A stretch of DNA of 64,000 bases, from NCBI GenBank assembly GCA_012797845.1, contig JAAZOH010000004.1:1658-65657 (forward strand), given 5' to 3'. Positions 46,812-56,562 of the stretch are shown one piece after another (position 1 is the stretch's first letter; each line of letters begins with the position of its first letter). The translations under genes were made by a program, and so were the position numbers. A model generated the notes under the pieces. The model saw nothing but the letters and a program-made list of their open reading frames with translations, was not told the origin of the DNA and ran no database searches. Source of the stretch: Candidatus Beckwithbacteria bacterium (GTDB lineage: Bacteria; Patescibacteriota; Microgenomatia; UBA1400; UBA1449).

Positions 46812-48275
46812 ATGGTTCGAACTCGTGTAGCGCCATCACCAACCGGCTATCCCCATGTGGGTTCTCTCTATCAAGCATGGCTAGATTATGCTTTTGCCAA
46901 AAAACATGATGGTAAATTTTTAATTAGGATTGAGGATACTGACAGAACCAGGTTTGTTGCAGATGCTGAAGAAAAAATTTATGAAGGTTTGGATTGGGCA
47001 GGACTTACAGAAGATGAAAGCCCTCGTAAGCCTGGTGATGTTGGCCCTTATCGGCAATCGCAGCGTTTAGATATTTACAAAAAACATGCCCAAGAGCTGG
47101 TAGCTAAAGGTCATGCCTACTACTGTTTTTGTACTCCAGAGCGCTTAAATCAAGTCAGAACGGAAATGCAAAAAGTTGGCAAAGTGCCTATGTATGACAG
47201 ACATTGCCGTAATTTAAGCCCAGAAGAAGTACAGCAAAGAATCCAAGCAGGCGAAAAATACGTCATCCGTCTCAAAGTTCCAGACAATCAAACTATCAAA
47301 GTGCAAGATCTGATTCGTGGTGAAATAACATTTCATAGCAATGATGTGGATGATCAGGTTTTACTAAAATCTGATGGCTTTGCTACCTATCATTTAGCTT
47401 CAATGGTTGATGATCACCTGATGGGAATTACCCATGTAGTGCGGGGTGAAGAGTGGCTGCCCAGCAGTCCTAAACATATTTTGATCTACGATTTCTTTGG
47501 CTGGGAAAAACCAGTTTTTTTCCACACGCCAACCTTGCGCAATCCAGATAAAAGCAAACTGTCCAAACGTAAAGGTCATACCAATATTCTTTGGTATAAA
47601 GAGCAAGGGTTTTTACCTGAAGCTTTGATCAATTATCTGAGTCTCATGGGTTGGTCACATCCCGAAGAAAAAGATATTTTTAGCAAAGAAGAATTTATCA
47701 AGCTTTTTGACCTCAAAGATTTTTCACCAGCCGGACCAATTTTTGACGAAGTTAAACTGCGGTGGATGAATGGTAAATACATTCGGGAAGTGATATCTGA
47801 AGATGAGCTCTTTAATAAATTAAAGCAGTATTTAACATTACCAATTAGCGATGAAATACTTAAAAAAACTATTCCACTTATCAAAGAACGTCTAGAAGTT
47901 TTATCTGACATAAATGAACTGTTGAAATTTTTACTACCTGAGCAGGAGATAGATGTAGAACTTGTCAAAAAACAGAGCAATCAATCCAAGAATGACCAGT
48001 CTCTGACTGGAAAATCACCAGAAGAAATTAAGCAACTACTAACCGATTTAAAAACTGTTTTAGAAAACTTAGATACATGGGAGACAGGTGAGATCGAAAA
48101 AGTAATTCGAAACTTGAAAGGTAAGTATAAAGATTGGGGAGGCCGAGATTATTTCATGACTATTCGGGTAGCAACTACTGCTTTTCCAGTTACCCCGCCT
48201 CTTTTTGAGTCTATTGAAGTATTAGGAAAAGACTTGGTTTTGCAGCGGATTGAATCGGTGCTTCAGCGTTTATAA
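46812..48275 (+). CDS. gltX: glutamyl-tRNA synthetase
   Basis: RTRVAPSPTG.PHVG, RIEDTD, GPYRQSQR, VDDHLMGITHVVRGEEW and KLSKR motifs. Confidence 0.98.
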   Translation: MVRTRVAPSPTGYPHVGSLYQAWLDYAFAKKHDGKFLIRIEDTDRTRFVADAEEKIYEGLDWAGLTEDESPRKPGDVGPYRQSQRLDIYKKHAQELVAKGHAYYCFCTPERLNQVRTEMQKVGKVPMYDRHCRNLSPEEVQQRIQAGEKYVIRLKVPDNQTIKVQDLIRGEITFHSNDVDDQVLLKSDGFATYHLASMVDDHLMGITHVVRGEEWLPSSPKHILIYDFFGWEKPVFFHTPTLRNPDKSKLSKRKGHTNILWYKEQGFLPEALINYLSLMGWSHPEEKDIFSKEEFIKLFDLKDFSPAGPIFDEVKLRWMNGKYIREVISEDELFNKLKQYLTLPISDEILKKTIPLIKERLEVLSDINELLKFLLPEQEIDVELVKKQSNQSKNDQSLTGKSPEEIKQLLTDLKTVLENLDTWETGEIEKVIRNLKGKYKDWGGRDYFMTIRVATTAFPVTPPLFESIEVLGKDLVLQRIESVLQRL

Positions 48276-48955
48276 TTAGAGTCTTCTTTGTTAAAATAAA
48301 TTTACCTAAAATCAAAAATTCATCATAGTGTGAAAAATAAATATACTTTCCAAATCAATACCCCTTTTGATTTTTATTTATTTGCAGGTAGTTTGTATTT
48401 TTGTTTTTATTTATTATCATCTGGGAAATTTATTTACCTCATACTAAGCTTAGTTATTTATTTACTGGGTAGGCAATACAGAAAACATACAAAAAAAGCA
48501 AATAAAAATCCCCAATTTTCAGAAACTGGTATTTTTTTAATCACTCCTCTATTTTTAGCTTACCTACTTATTTTATTAGGGTTTGAAACTAGCATAACAG
48601 ACTATTTGCCAGATAAGCTAATTACAGGTTCTGGTTTAATTTTCCTGATGGCAATCTTTTTGATACCAAAGTTATATATAAAAAATCAACGCCTCTTAAA
48701 CTTAATAAGCTTGTTTCTTTTTATCTTCACTATTTTATTGCTGATTATTTATCAAAATAGAATTAACAATTTACTTCTTATCAATCCTTGGATTGCCAAA
48801 ATGATAGTTGGGAGTCCTTTAGTCTACTTATTTACTGTAATTACAGGAATAGATTTTTCTAAAGACTGATTTGAAAAATAGATTGAAATATTTTTTGTTG
48901 GAAAAAATAAATTAGTGCCTCAACATTTATAATTAAGTTCTTCTCTGTTACAATA
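48258..48955 (+). repeat. degenerate 41-bp direct repeat (48258-48298 and 48915-48955) flanking an orphan gene
   Basis: 33/41 ungapped identity by manual alignment. Copy 1 includes the last gltX codons. Confidence 0.6.
48330..48869 (+). CDS. hypothetical multi-TM membrane protein (AT-rich)
   Basis: 5-6 hydrophobic segments and a GTG start. Confidence 0.55.
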   Translation: MKNKYTFQINTPFDFYLFAGSLYFCFYLLSSGKFIYLILSLVIYLLGRQYRKHTKKANKNPQFSETGIFLITPLFLAYLLILLGFETSITDYLPDKLITGSGLIFLMAIFLIPKLYIKNQRLLNLISLFLFIFTILLLIIYQNRINNLLLINPWIAKMIVGSPLVYLFTVITGIDFSKD

Positions 48956-48972
48956 CCTTGAAATAGTTACAT

Positions 48973-49443
48973 ATGAATATTAATATTCCTAGCTCTTTTA
49001 TTGTTCCAGAAGAATTAAAAACAAAATATTTTTTAATTCGCAAATTAACTACAAAAGATGTCTATCTAGACTACATGACTATCATGTCGAGTATAGATAT
49101 TATTAAAAAAACAAGAGGGGGTTCTTGGCCAAGCAAAGACCTAACGATAGAAGATGATCTAATAGATTTGGGTTGGCATCAAAGAGAATTTGAACACAAG
49201 TCGTCTTTTGTCTTTACTGTATTTAACCCTCAAAATACAGAATGTTTAGGGTGTTTTTATTTTTATCCAGCTGGTTATAGAAAAAAGGTTGATGAAAGTT
49301 ATGATGTTGATGTAAGTTTTTGGGTCACACAGGAAGCTTATGACCAAGGGTTGTATGAAATACTTTATAAAACTATTCAAGAATTTCTAAAGCAATGGCC
49401 ATTTAAAAAGCCTTTTTGGAGTAACGAAATAATACCTGACTAA
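48973..49443 (+). CDS. GNAT/RimJ-like acetyltransferase domain protein
   Basis: F.IR.L...D..LDY, DL.WH.REF, LGC.Y.YP, VSFWV and WPF pattern. Confidence 0.65.
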   Translation: MNINIPSSFIVPEELKTKYFLIRKLTTKDVYLDYMTIMSSIDIIKKTRGGSWPSKDLTIEDDLIDLGWHQREFEHKSSFVFTVFNPQNTECLGCFYFYPAGYRKKVDESYDVDVSFWVTQEAYDQGLYEILYKTIQEFLKQWPFKKPFWSNEIIPD

Positions 49444-49450
49444 AAAATAT

Positions 49451-49521
49451 TGCGGGATCGGCTAATGGTAGGCCACATGACTCTGAATCATGTAATCTTG
49501 GTTCGAACCCAAGTCCCGCAG
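49451..49521 (+). tRNA. tRNA-Gln(CTG)
   Basis: TGCGGGA acceptor pairs with TCCCGCA. Anticodon arm CATGA-CT-CTG-AA-TCATG and T-loop GGTTCGAACC. No encoded CCA. Confidence 0.95.
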
Positions 49522-49659
49522 CTGTTCGACTCACTTAAAATCAACTATTCTTATTCCTATAATAAAAGAATATTCATAACCTCTCGCTATCTGCTTTCCT
49601 TTTTGATAGAATTTTATTGAAAATTCCATTTTTAAATTATAACCTATAATGGAGGTACT

Positions 49660-50573
49660 ATGAGAATTATTATTATAAGCTCCAAATCTGGATTTTTACC
49701 CCAACAAATAGAGGCTATGAAAAATACGGCGAAGGTAATTTTTGTTGTAGAAAAACCAGATTTTAAATCTTCCTATTTTAACGACCAAGAAGAAAAAGTA
49801 ATTGCTTTAGGACCAGAACAATTAGATTGGAAATTTCCCCAAGAAGTTTGGGAAAAAATTCCCAATCTAAAGGCTGTTTGTGTTCCTACTACTGGTTTTG
49901 ATTGGGTGGATGGTAGGGCTATGAAAAAAGCAGGAATTGTTCTTACTAATGTGCCTAAATACTCAACAGAATCTGTAGCTGAGTATGCAATTTCGTTGAT
50001 GTTTAATGTTTCTAAAAAACTTCCATTAGTTTTAAAAAATAATTGGAAAATAGACTATAGCAAACATCAGGGTTGGGAAATTAAAGGGAAAATAATGGGT
50101 GTTATTGGTCTTGGTTCGATCGGTGCTCGCATAGCTGAGCTTGGCCAACAAATGGGCATGAAAGTTATTTATTGGTCTAGAGAAGCCCGTGATAGTCGTT
50201 TTAAATATCATAGCCTTAATGAAGTGCTTAGAAAGGCTGATTATATTTTTCCAGCTTTGGCAAGGAATAAAGAGACAAAAGGCTTGCTTGATAAAAGCAA
50301 ACTTAATCAAATGAAAAAAGATTCCTTTATTGTAAGTATTACTGGCGATGATATTTTTGATTTACAATATGCTATCCAATTAGTTCACAAAGGTAGACTG
50401 GCTGGAATTGCTTTAGAATCAGAAAAAGAAACAGTTCAAAATTATGAAGGTAATATTTGGATTACTCCTCCTATAGCTTGGTTTACTAAAGAAGCTTTTG
50501 CAGAAGATATAAAAATTTGGACAAAACACTCATTGCTTGTGCAAAAGGAAAAGCAATTAATAAAGTAAATTGA
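49660..50573 (+). CDS. D-isomer-specific 2-hydroxyacid dehydrogenase-like protein (catalytic residues altered, probable C-terminal frameshift)
   Basis: TGFDWVD, TNVP.YSTESVAE and GVIGLGSIG motifs. The alternative frame gives the typical ending ACAKGKAINKVN* at 50573, whereas the ORF track stops at 50568. Confidence 0.8.
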
Positions 50574-50633
50574 TATATTTATAGTCAAAACAATCTTTTG
50601 TTATCAATCTCAAATTATATAGAGCGAACTGTT

Positions 50634-50658
50634 CAGAGCAGGTTTACAACCTGCCCTG
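50634..50658. repeat. GC-rich hairpin (REP-like or terminator)
   Basis: CAGAGCAGGTT-TAC-AACCTGCCCTG. Confidence 0.5.
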
Positions 50659-50675
50659 GTAAGTAGTAATTCCAT

Positions 50676-51383
50676 ATGGTCAACAAGGCGCGAAAAGCAA
50701 CACAAGATTATCACAACGATCTTTATGTAAAACACACTCTTTTTCAAAAAGGTGCTTCATGGCTAGAGAAACCAAATAATGAAATCATTGATATTTATAA
50801 AAAATATTTCAACAAACGAAAAAGCATCAATATATTAGATTTAGGCTCAGGTGTTGGAAGAAATGCGATTCCTCTGGCAAGGTTATTAAAAAATAAAAGT
50901 AGCAATATTTATTGCGTTGACTATTTAGAAATTGCCATCAATAAACTTAATAAGTATGCTAAAGATTATGGTGTTGCAGATAAATTAAATGGTTTTATTT
51001 CTCCGGTAGAGAATTATAAGATACAAATTAATTTCTATGATTATATTATTGCCCATAGTGTTTTAACACACACTAGAAGTAAAGAAATAATGTTTCAAGT
51101 GATAGATAATATGATCAAGGGCACAAAAAACAACGGTATTATTTATATCCATGAAATTACTAATCCTCAAATGTTTGATATAAAGAGTAAACAACAAATT
51201 GATCCTGATGCTGAAATAGATATAAGTTATGAGGAATTCGAAGACAGGCTTATGCAGGTGTTTAGTGATTGGGAAATCTTTACATTAAGCAAAAATCCAT
51301 ATCGAGAGGAGTATCTAAAAGATGGCAAAAAAGTAATTTGGCAGTGTGACTACCTTTCATTTATCGCAAGAAAAAAGCATTAA
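50676..51383 (+). CDS. class I SAM-dependent methyltransferase
   Basis: ILDLGSGVGRN and YDYIIAHSVLTH motifs. Confidence 0.88.
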   Translation: MVNKARKATQDYHNDLYVKHTLFQKGASWLEKPNNEIIDIYKKYFNKRKSINILDLGSGVGRNAIPLARLLKNKSSNIYCVDYLEIAINKLNKYAKDYGVADKLNGFISPVENYKIQINFYDYIIAHSVLTHTRSKEIMFQVIDNMIKGTKNNGIIYIHEITNPQMFDIKSKQQIDPDAEIDISYEEFEDRLMQVFSDWEIFTLSKNPYREEYLKDGKKVIWQCDYLSFIARKKH

Positions 51384-51410
51384 TTTACAATTTTTTAGTT
51401 AGTTTGGTAA

Positions 51411-52178
51411 CTATGATGTTTTGATAATCCTCAGCATCTCCTCATGCAACAAGCCATTGGTAGCTAAAGACGTTCCACCTAAACCCAACGTATTACCTTC
51501 AAAATCCGAATACTTACCGCCGGCTTGAGGAATGATGATTTGAAAAGCAGAAACATCCCAAGCTTTAGGACCAATCTCAAAAAAGACATCGCTTCTGCCA
51601 GTAGCAACCAGGTGATACCCATACACATCACCAAAACCTCTCATATTAAGACTTCTGGCACTTATGGCTTTGGCAATATTGACCATTTTGGGATTGTCAA
51701 ATTTACTGGGATTAAAATTTACAAAAGCACTTTCGAGATCGGGTATTTTGGAGACATAAGCCCGTTTGCCATTTAAGGTAGTTGGTTCAGTTTTAGAAGC
51801 ATATAAAAGTTCGCCTGCCACCGGCATATTGGAAATGCCCATTACAATTTTGTTTTGATATTTTAAACCCAAAATCGTGCCAAAAAACTCTAAACCATGA
51901 ATAAAGTTTTTAGTGCCATCTATGGGATCAATGATCCAAGTAAACTCAGCCTTCTCATTATCACTGCCAAATTCTTCGCCCATAAAACCATGAGAAGGAA
52001 AGGCCTTTTTGATTGTGTCTATAATGACTGCTTCAGCTTCTTGATCAGCTTGAGTTACGGGAGTATTGTCAATTTTCGTTTCGATATGAGGCAAATTTTG
52101 AAAATATTTTAAAATGATAGTTTCGGCTTTAGCAACTGCGTCTAGGGCAACTTTTTTAAACTGCTTAAAATCATTCAT
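51411..52178 (-). CDS. inositol monophosphatase family protein (HisN-like)
   Basis: PVT.AD, GEEFG, WIIDPIDGTKNF and WDVSA...AGG motifs. Start is likely MNDFK. Confidence 0.92.
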   Translation of the reverse strand: MNDFKQFKKVALDAVAKAETIILKYFQNLPHIETKIDNTPVTQADQEAEAVIIDTIKKAFPSHGFMGEEFGSDNEKAEFTWIIDPIDGTKNFIHGLEFFGTILGLKYQNKIVMGISNMPVAGELLYASKTEPTTLNGKRAYVSKIPDLESAFVNFNPSKFDNPKMVNIAKAISARSLNMRGFGDVYGYHLVATGRSDVFFEIGPKAWDVSAFQIIIPQAGGKYSDFEGNTLGLGGTSLATNGLLHEEMLRIIKTS

Positions 52179-52283
52179 GGCTTCATTGTAGCAAATTAGC
52201 ATTATTTATTTGTAAAAATGCAATGATTGAAGAGCTATTTTATTTAGTTCATAATAATTTTGTTACAGATTAAAAGGAGCTGT

Positions 52284-53783
52284 GTGTATATCAATCTCAA
52301 TACTTATTTAATTGACGGAATGCTTAGTGAATGGACCGGTGAGTTCCAAGAAGTTGTCAGCTATATCACACCTACTCCCGATACCGAAGCTCAGGTCATA
52401 GGTAAATATCCTTTGCTCGATGAAGAGGCCGCCTTAAGCGTTTTAGATAGTTCGCTCAAAGCGTATGATTTAGGTTTGGGTCAGTGGCCTACAATGCATC
52501 CGCTCAAGCGGTGTGAAAAAGTTTCTCATTTTGTTCAGCTGATGAAGGGAAAGCGGGATGAAGTGGCTCATATTTTGATGGCTGAAATTGGTAAAACCAA
52601 AACTGATGCCTACAGTGAATTTGACCGGACAGTTGAATATATCGAAGCGACAGTAGACTTTTATCGCTCCAAAATGCAAAAACTGAGTCAGCCTTCCAAA
52701 AAAGGAGGTATCACTGCCAAAATCATGTCAGCGCCCAGGGGTATTGCTTTGTGTATGGGGCCATACAATTATCCTCTCAACGAAACTCTGACGATTATTA
52801 TTCCGGCTTTGCTGACTGGTAATGTTGTGATTTTCAAACCGCCTCGAATTGGAGTGCTTTTACATGCTCCAATTTTGGAAGCTTTTGCTGAGGCTTTTCC
52901 GGCTGGAGTAGTCAATACGGTTTTTGGTGAAGGTCAAAAAGTGATTACTCCCATTATGCAATCTGGTAAGGTTGATGTGATGGCTTTTATTGGCTCAGCC
53001 AAAGTGGCCGATGCTATCCGTAACCAACATCCGTTTCCTCATCGCCTACATGCTATTTTAGGTTTGGAGGCTAAAAATCCGGCTATCATTATGGAAGACG
53101 CGGATTTAGAAGTAGCCAGCAATGAATGTTTGGGTGGTGCTTTGTCTTTCAATGGCCAGCGCTGCACGGCTCTGAAAAATATTTTTGTACCCCGATCCAA
53201 AGCCGATGAATTTGTGCAGCTTTTGGCTCATAAAGTTGATCAACTTAAATTAGGAGCTCCACAAGAAGATGGTGTCAAATTGACACCTTTACCAGAAATG
53301 AGCCGGGTTGAATATTTGCAAGAACTAGTGAATGATGCAGTTGCTAAAGGGGCCCGAGTTGTTAATCAAAATTATGGGGTCAAAGGCGGTACCTATTATT
53401 TTCCGGCAGTTTTGTTTCCAGTGCCGATTGAGGCCCGGATTGCCCACGAAGAACAATTTGGGCCGGTAATTCCAGTCATGATTTATGATGATTTGAGCGA
53501 GGTGATCAATTTCGTGACCCATTCGCACTATGGCCAGCAGGCCAGTATTTTTACTCAAAATAAAGAAACGGTGAATAAAATGATCGACACTTTGTCTCAT
53601 CAAGTTTCCAGAATCAATATTAATTCTCAGTGCCAAAGAGGTCCGGATAACCTACCTTTTACTGGTCGCAAAGATTCGGCTCAAGGTGTTTTGTCGATTC
53701 GGGAAGCTTTGCGGGCTTTTAGTTTACCTTTGGTTGTGGCTGGAAAAACCAATGAGCTAAATGAAGCCTTGATTTGTAGCTAA
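52284..53783 (+). CDS. gapN: NADP-dependent non-phosphorylating glyceraldehyde-3-phosphate dehydrogenase (ALDH family)
   Basis: GPYNYPLNE, FIGS, LGLEAKN, SFNGQRCTA, EEQFGP and QCQRGPD.LPFTGRKDS motifs. GTG at 52284 follows AAGGAG. Confidence 0.85.
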   Translation: MYINLNTYLIDGMLSEWTGEFQEVVSYITPTPDTEAQVIGKYPLLDEEAALSVLDSSLKAYDLGLGQWPTMHPLKRCEKVSHFVQLMKGKRDEVAHILMAEIGKTKTDAYSEFDRTVEYIEATVDFYRSKMQKLSQPSKKGGITAKIMSAPRGIALCMGPYNYPLNETLTIIIPALLTGNVVIFKPPRIGVLLHAPILEAFAEAFPAGVVNTVFGEGQKVITPIMQSGKVDVMAFIGSAKVADAIRNQHPFPHRLHAILGLEAKNPAIIMEDADLEVASNECLGGALSFNGQRCTALKNIFVPRSKADEFVQLLAHKVDQLKLGAPQEDGVKLTPLPEMSRVEYLQELVNDAVAKGARVVNQNYGVKGGTYYFPAVLFPVPIEARIAHEEQFGPVIPVMIYDDLSEVINFVTHSHYGQQASIFTQNKETVNKMIDTLSHQVSRININSQCQRGPDNLPFTGRKDSAQGVLSIREALRAFSLPLVVAGKTNELNEALICS

Positions 53784-53867
53784 TCTTTCTCTTCTGTGTT
53801 AAATCCTAAGTAGTAAGGGATTATTCTCAATTTTAAATTTTCTTAGTATACTAAACATAATTTTTGC

Positions 53868-54335
53868 ATGACCAATCTTATTCAGACTATTACCTATATT
53901 GTTCAGCATAGCAACGAGCTTAAAAATCATTTTACTAGTGTAAGTTCGGCCCCAATAGAATTTGCTTGTATCTTTTGCCAAACAGATGAGGAATATCAAA
54001 ACTATACGCAGGAAATAAAATTATTAGGTAAAATTGTGGAAACTACTCCTACCGGCTATACCTATTTACTACAAAAGCCGATTTCTACTGTTGCAGGTTT
54101 TTTAAGACTGATAAAAATTCGCAAACCTGATCCAAACAGACCAGAACGAGGTGATGCTGATTTTAATACTAATTACTCAGAGTTTAAGAAACGATATAAA
54201 CATATATCTGGTTTTGAATTAGTTAAAAGAAACAGTTTTGAAATGCTGCGACTGAGCAGTCCGGATTTTGATGTGATGGCTTGTTTTTCTAACATTCCTA
54301 AAAGTAAAAGTTTAGGAATTAAAACTGCTACATAA
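53868..54335 (+). CDS. hypothetical protein
   Basis: 155-aa ORF containing LIKIRKPD..RPERGDADF. Confidence 0.65.
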   Translation: MTNLIQTITYIVQHSNELKNHFTSVSSAPIEFACIFCQTDEEYQNYTQEIKLLGKIVETTPTGYTYLLQKPISTVAGFLRLIKIRKPDPNRPERGDADFNTNYSEFKKRYKHISGFELVKRNSFEMLRLSSPDFDVMACFSNIPKSKSLGIKTAT

Positions 54336-54342
54336 TTTATAT

Positions 54343-54579
54343 ATGAGAGAAGAAAGAGGTGATCTTTCAGTTTTAGAAGCGGCTGATAAAATGTCTCTTG
54401 CTCAAAGACTTATAGAGGCGGGAGTGAAGTGTGATAACAAAGAATTAATAAAAATTGGTAGAAAGAGAATGAGAGAAGTTTGGCCAAAGGAAGTAGCAGA
54501 TCTTTTTGTTAAAGCTTACAAATCTCAGATCGAAGAAGAAATTTTAGGAACTCAAACTACTTCCAAAGATGAAATCTAA
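54343..54579 (+). CDS. small hypothetical protein
   Basis: 78-aa ORF in a co-directional run. Confidence 0.5.
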   Translation: MREERGDLSVLEAADKMSLAQRLIEAGVKCDNKELIKIGRKRMREVWPKEVADLFVKAYKSQIEEEILGTQTTSKDEI

Positions 54580-54606
54580 AAATCAAGCTATAATAGTGAA
54601 ATATCT

Positions 54607-55506
54607 ATGCTTTCTCAAAAAACTGATAAAGAGCGAGGAATTTTGGCACTTATCGTTTTAGCAATCGTATTTGCTTCCATGGGGCTGTTTGCCCGCTATT
54701 TAGCAACTGGTTTTCTACTTTTTCAGCAGGTGTATTTGCGGATGTTGGCTGCCTTTGTGATTGGAATTTTGGTTTTTGGCAAACATATTCAGCTGGCAAA
54801 ATTTAGGTTACTTAGTAAAAAGGATTGGGCACTTATTTTTTTGCGGGCTATTTCTTATGCTTTGTTTGGGATCATTCTCTACACCCAAGCAATTATTATC
54901 ACCAAATACAGCAACGTTTCTTTTATTGGCTCGTTACCAACCACGGCAGTTTTTGGCTTTATTTTGCTGAAAGAAAAATTAAGTATCAAAAAATTTGTAC
55001 TGGTTTTGCTGGCTTTTGCTGGAGTGGTTTTGATTTCGGTACAGGATTTTAGTAATTTATTGAGTTGGGGTAGAGGTGAAGTTTTGACGCTAATTTCTAT
55101 AATCTTTTTCTCATTGAGCTATATTGCTAGAAAATGGCAATCGGATACTTTAAACAACTATGAGCTGACGGTCATAAATTTTCTGGTGGCTTTTGTGATC
55201 GTGTTTTTGGTTTCTCTAGTCAAAGGTGATGGCTTGCCAGTAGCTAATTGGAATATGAGTCTAGTGCTGATGGTAATTGGAGCTGGAATTTTTAATATTG
55301 CCAATGTCTTTTTGACCAACTATGGTTTTCAAAGAGTTGAGGCAGTTTTGGCCAGCAATATTCTGATGCTGGAATCATGTTTTGCAGTAGTGTTTGGCTT
55401 TGTGTTTTACCAGGAAATTCCACTGGCTAAAGAATTTCTAGGAGGTCTGATCATCATTGCTAGTGTGATTGCGATGAATAAAACAGAGTCTAGGGAAGGG
55501 AAATAG
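54607..55506 (+). CDS. EamA/DMT family transporter
   Basis: 10 TM helices with LLKEKL and FYQE repeat pattern. Confidence 0.88.
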   Translation: MLSQKTDKERGILALIVLAIVFASMGLFARYLATGFLLFQQVYLRMLAAFVIGILVFGKHIQLAKFRLLSKKDWALIFLRAISYALFGIILYTQAIIITKYSNVSFIGSLPTTAVFGFILLKEKLSIKKFVLVLLAFAGVVLISVQDFSNLLSWGRGEVLTLISIIFFSLSYIARKWQSDTLNNYELTVINFLVAFVIVFLVSLVKGDGLPVANWNMSLVLMVIGAGIFNIANVFLTNYGFQRVEAVLASNILMLESCFAVVFGFVFYQEIPLAKEFLGGLIIIASVIAMNKTESREGK

Positions 55507-55546
55507 TTTTTCGAATCAGATTAAACCTGATATTATTGAAATAAAT

Positions 55547-56242
55547 ATGAAATTGGCATTATTACTACCAGGATATTTAGATTCTCCAGATTATCTTCAT
55601 ATGCTGACTTTTGAAAAAAGGCTTAAAGAGTTAGGCTATGCTGTAGAGCGGCTTGACCCCTGCAATCTTTGGAAAACCGGAGACATTTCTAATTATTCAA
55701 TAACAAATTTGCTTAAACAAATTAAAGAAAGAATTACTTTTTATAAGTCTCAACAGCCAACAGAAATTATTTTGATAGGTCATAGTATGGGTGGTTTTAC
55801 AGCAATAATTGCTGGAAATAGAATAAAAGAAATCACTAAAATAGTTACTCTTTGTCCGCCGCCAAACAGATATGGTTCAAAATCAGAATGGGAAAAAAAC
55901 GGTGGGTTTAGATGTTCGGAAAGAGATTTACCAAATGATCCTCAAAAGGTTAGAACATTCAATGTTCCATATTCATTTGCCAAGGATGGTTTGCAATATT
56001 CTGCATCCAAAGAAGTTAAGATGATAAACAAACCCTTAATGATATTTATTGCCCTAGAAGATACGGTTGTTCCCCCAAGCCAAACGGAAGAAATTGTGGC
56101 CAATGCCCAAAATCCATATGTGGTGAGGCAAGAAAATATGGGGCACGATTTTAGGTATTCTCAAAAAGAATGTGATTTGGTGATGAAAGAAATTGAAAAG
56201 TTCTTAATTAAATCAAGTGAAATGCAAGTACTGCCCAAATAA
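55547..56242 (+). CDS. alpha/beta hydrolase
   Basis: GHSMGG nucleophile elbow, DTVVP and GHDF motifs. Confidence 0.88.
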   Translation: MKLALLLPGYLDSPDYLHMLTFEKRLKELGYAVERLDPCNLWKTGDISNYSITNLLKQIKERITFYKSQQPTEIILIGHSMGGFTAIIAGNRIKEITKIVTLCPPPNRYGSKSEWEKNGGFRCSERDLPNDPQKVRTFNVPYSFAKDGLQYSASKEVKMINKPLMIFIALEDTVVPPSQTEEIVANAQNPYVVRQENMGHDFRYSQKECDLVMKEIEKFLIKSSEMQVLPK

Positions 56243-56558
56243 ATGGAGTTAACATAAATAATCCTAAAATAATATATAAAACACCTAAAAATTTAGCTGA
56301 AGAACCATAATATGATTCTGATTCTCTAGGAAATATTCTTGGATAAATAAAAGGCGAGAACGATCCATGAAGAATAGATTTAATAATAGTTATTTTTTTT
56401 GAATAAGCATAGTTGCCTTCGTCATCACGCCAAATAACTGTTTGTTCTGCAATGATTGATTTTATGCCATATATTAAAACTAATAGAGATATAAACCCAT
56501 AAACAAACACAATTATTTTTGCTAAACCAGACATTAGTTCAATAGACGTTTCCATCAT
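56208..56558 (-). CDS. hypothetical 2-TM membrane protein
   Basis: Start is likely MMETS, with two hydrophobic segments. Confidence 0.5.
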   Translation of the reverse strand: MMETSIELMSGLAKIIVFVYGFISLLVLIYGIKSIIAEQTVIWRDDEGNYAYSKKITIIKSILHGSFSPFIYPRIFPRESESYYGSSAKFLGVLYIILGLFMLTPFIWAVLAFHLI

Positions 56559-56562
56559 AATT

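Noticed and set aside
49522-49540. GTTCGACTC just after tRNA-Gln as a tRNA fragment or att site
   Set aside because: It is too short, cannot form a T-arm, and no matching tRNA 3' duplication was found downstream.
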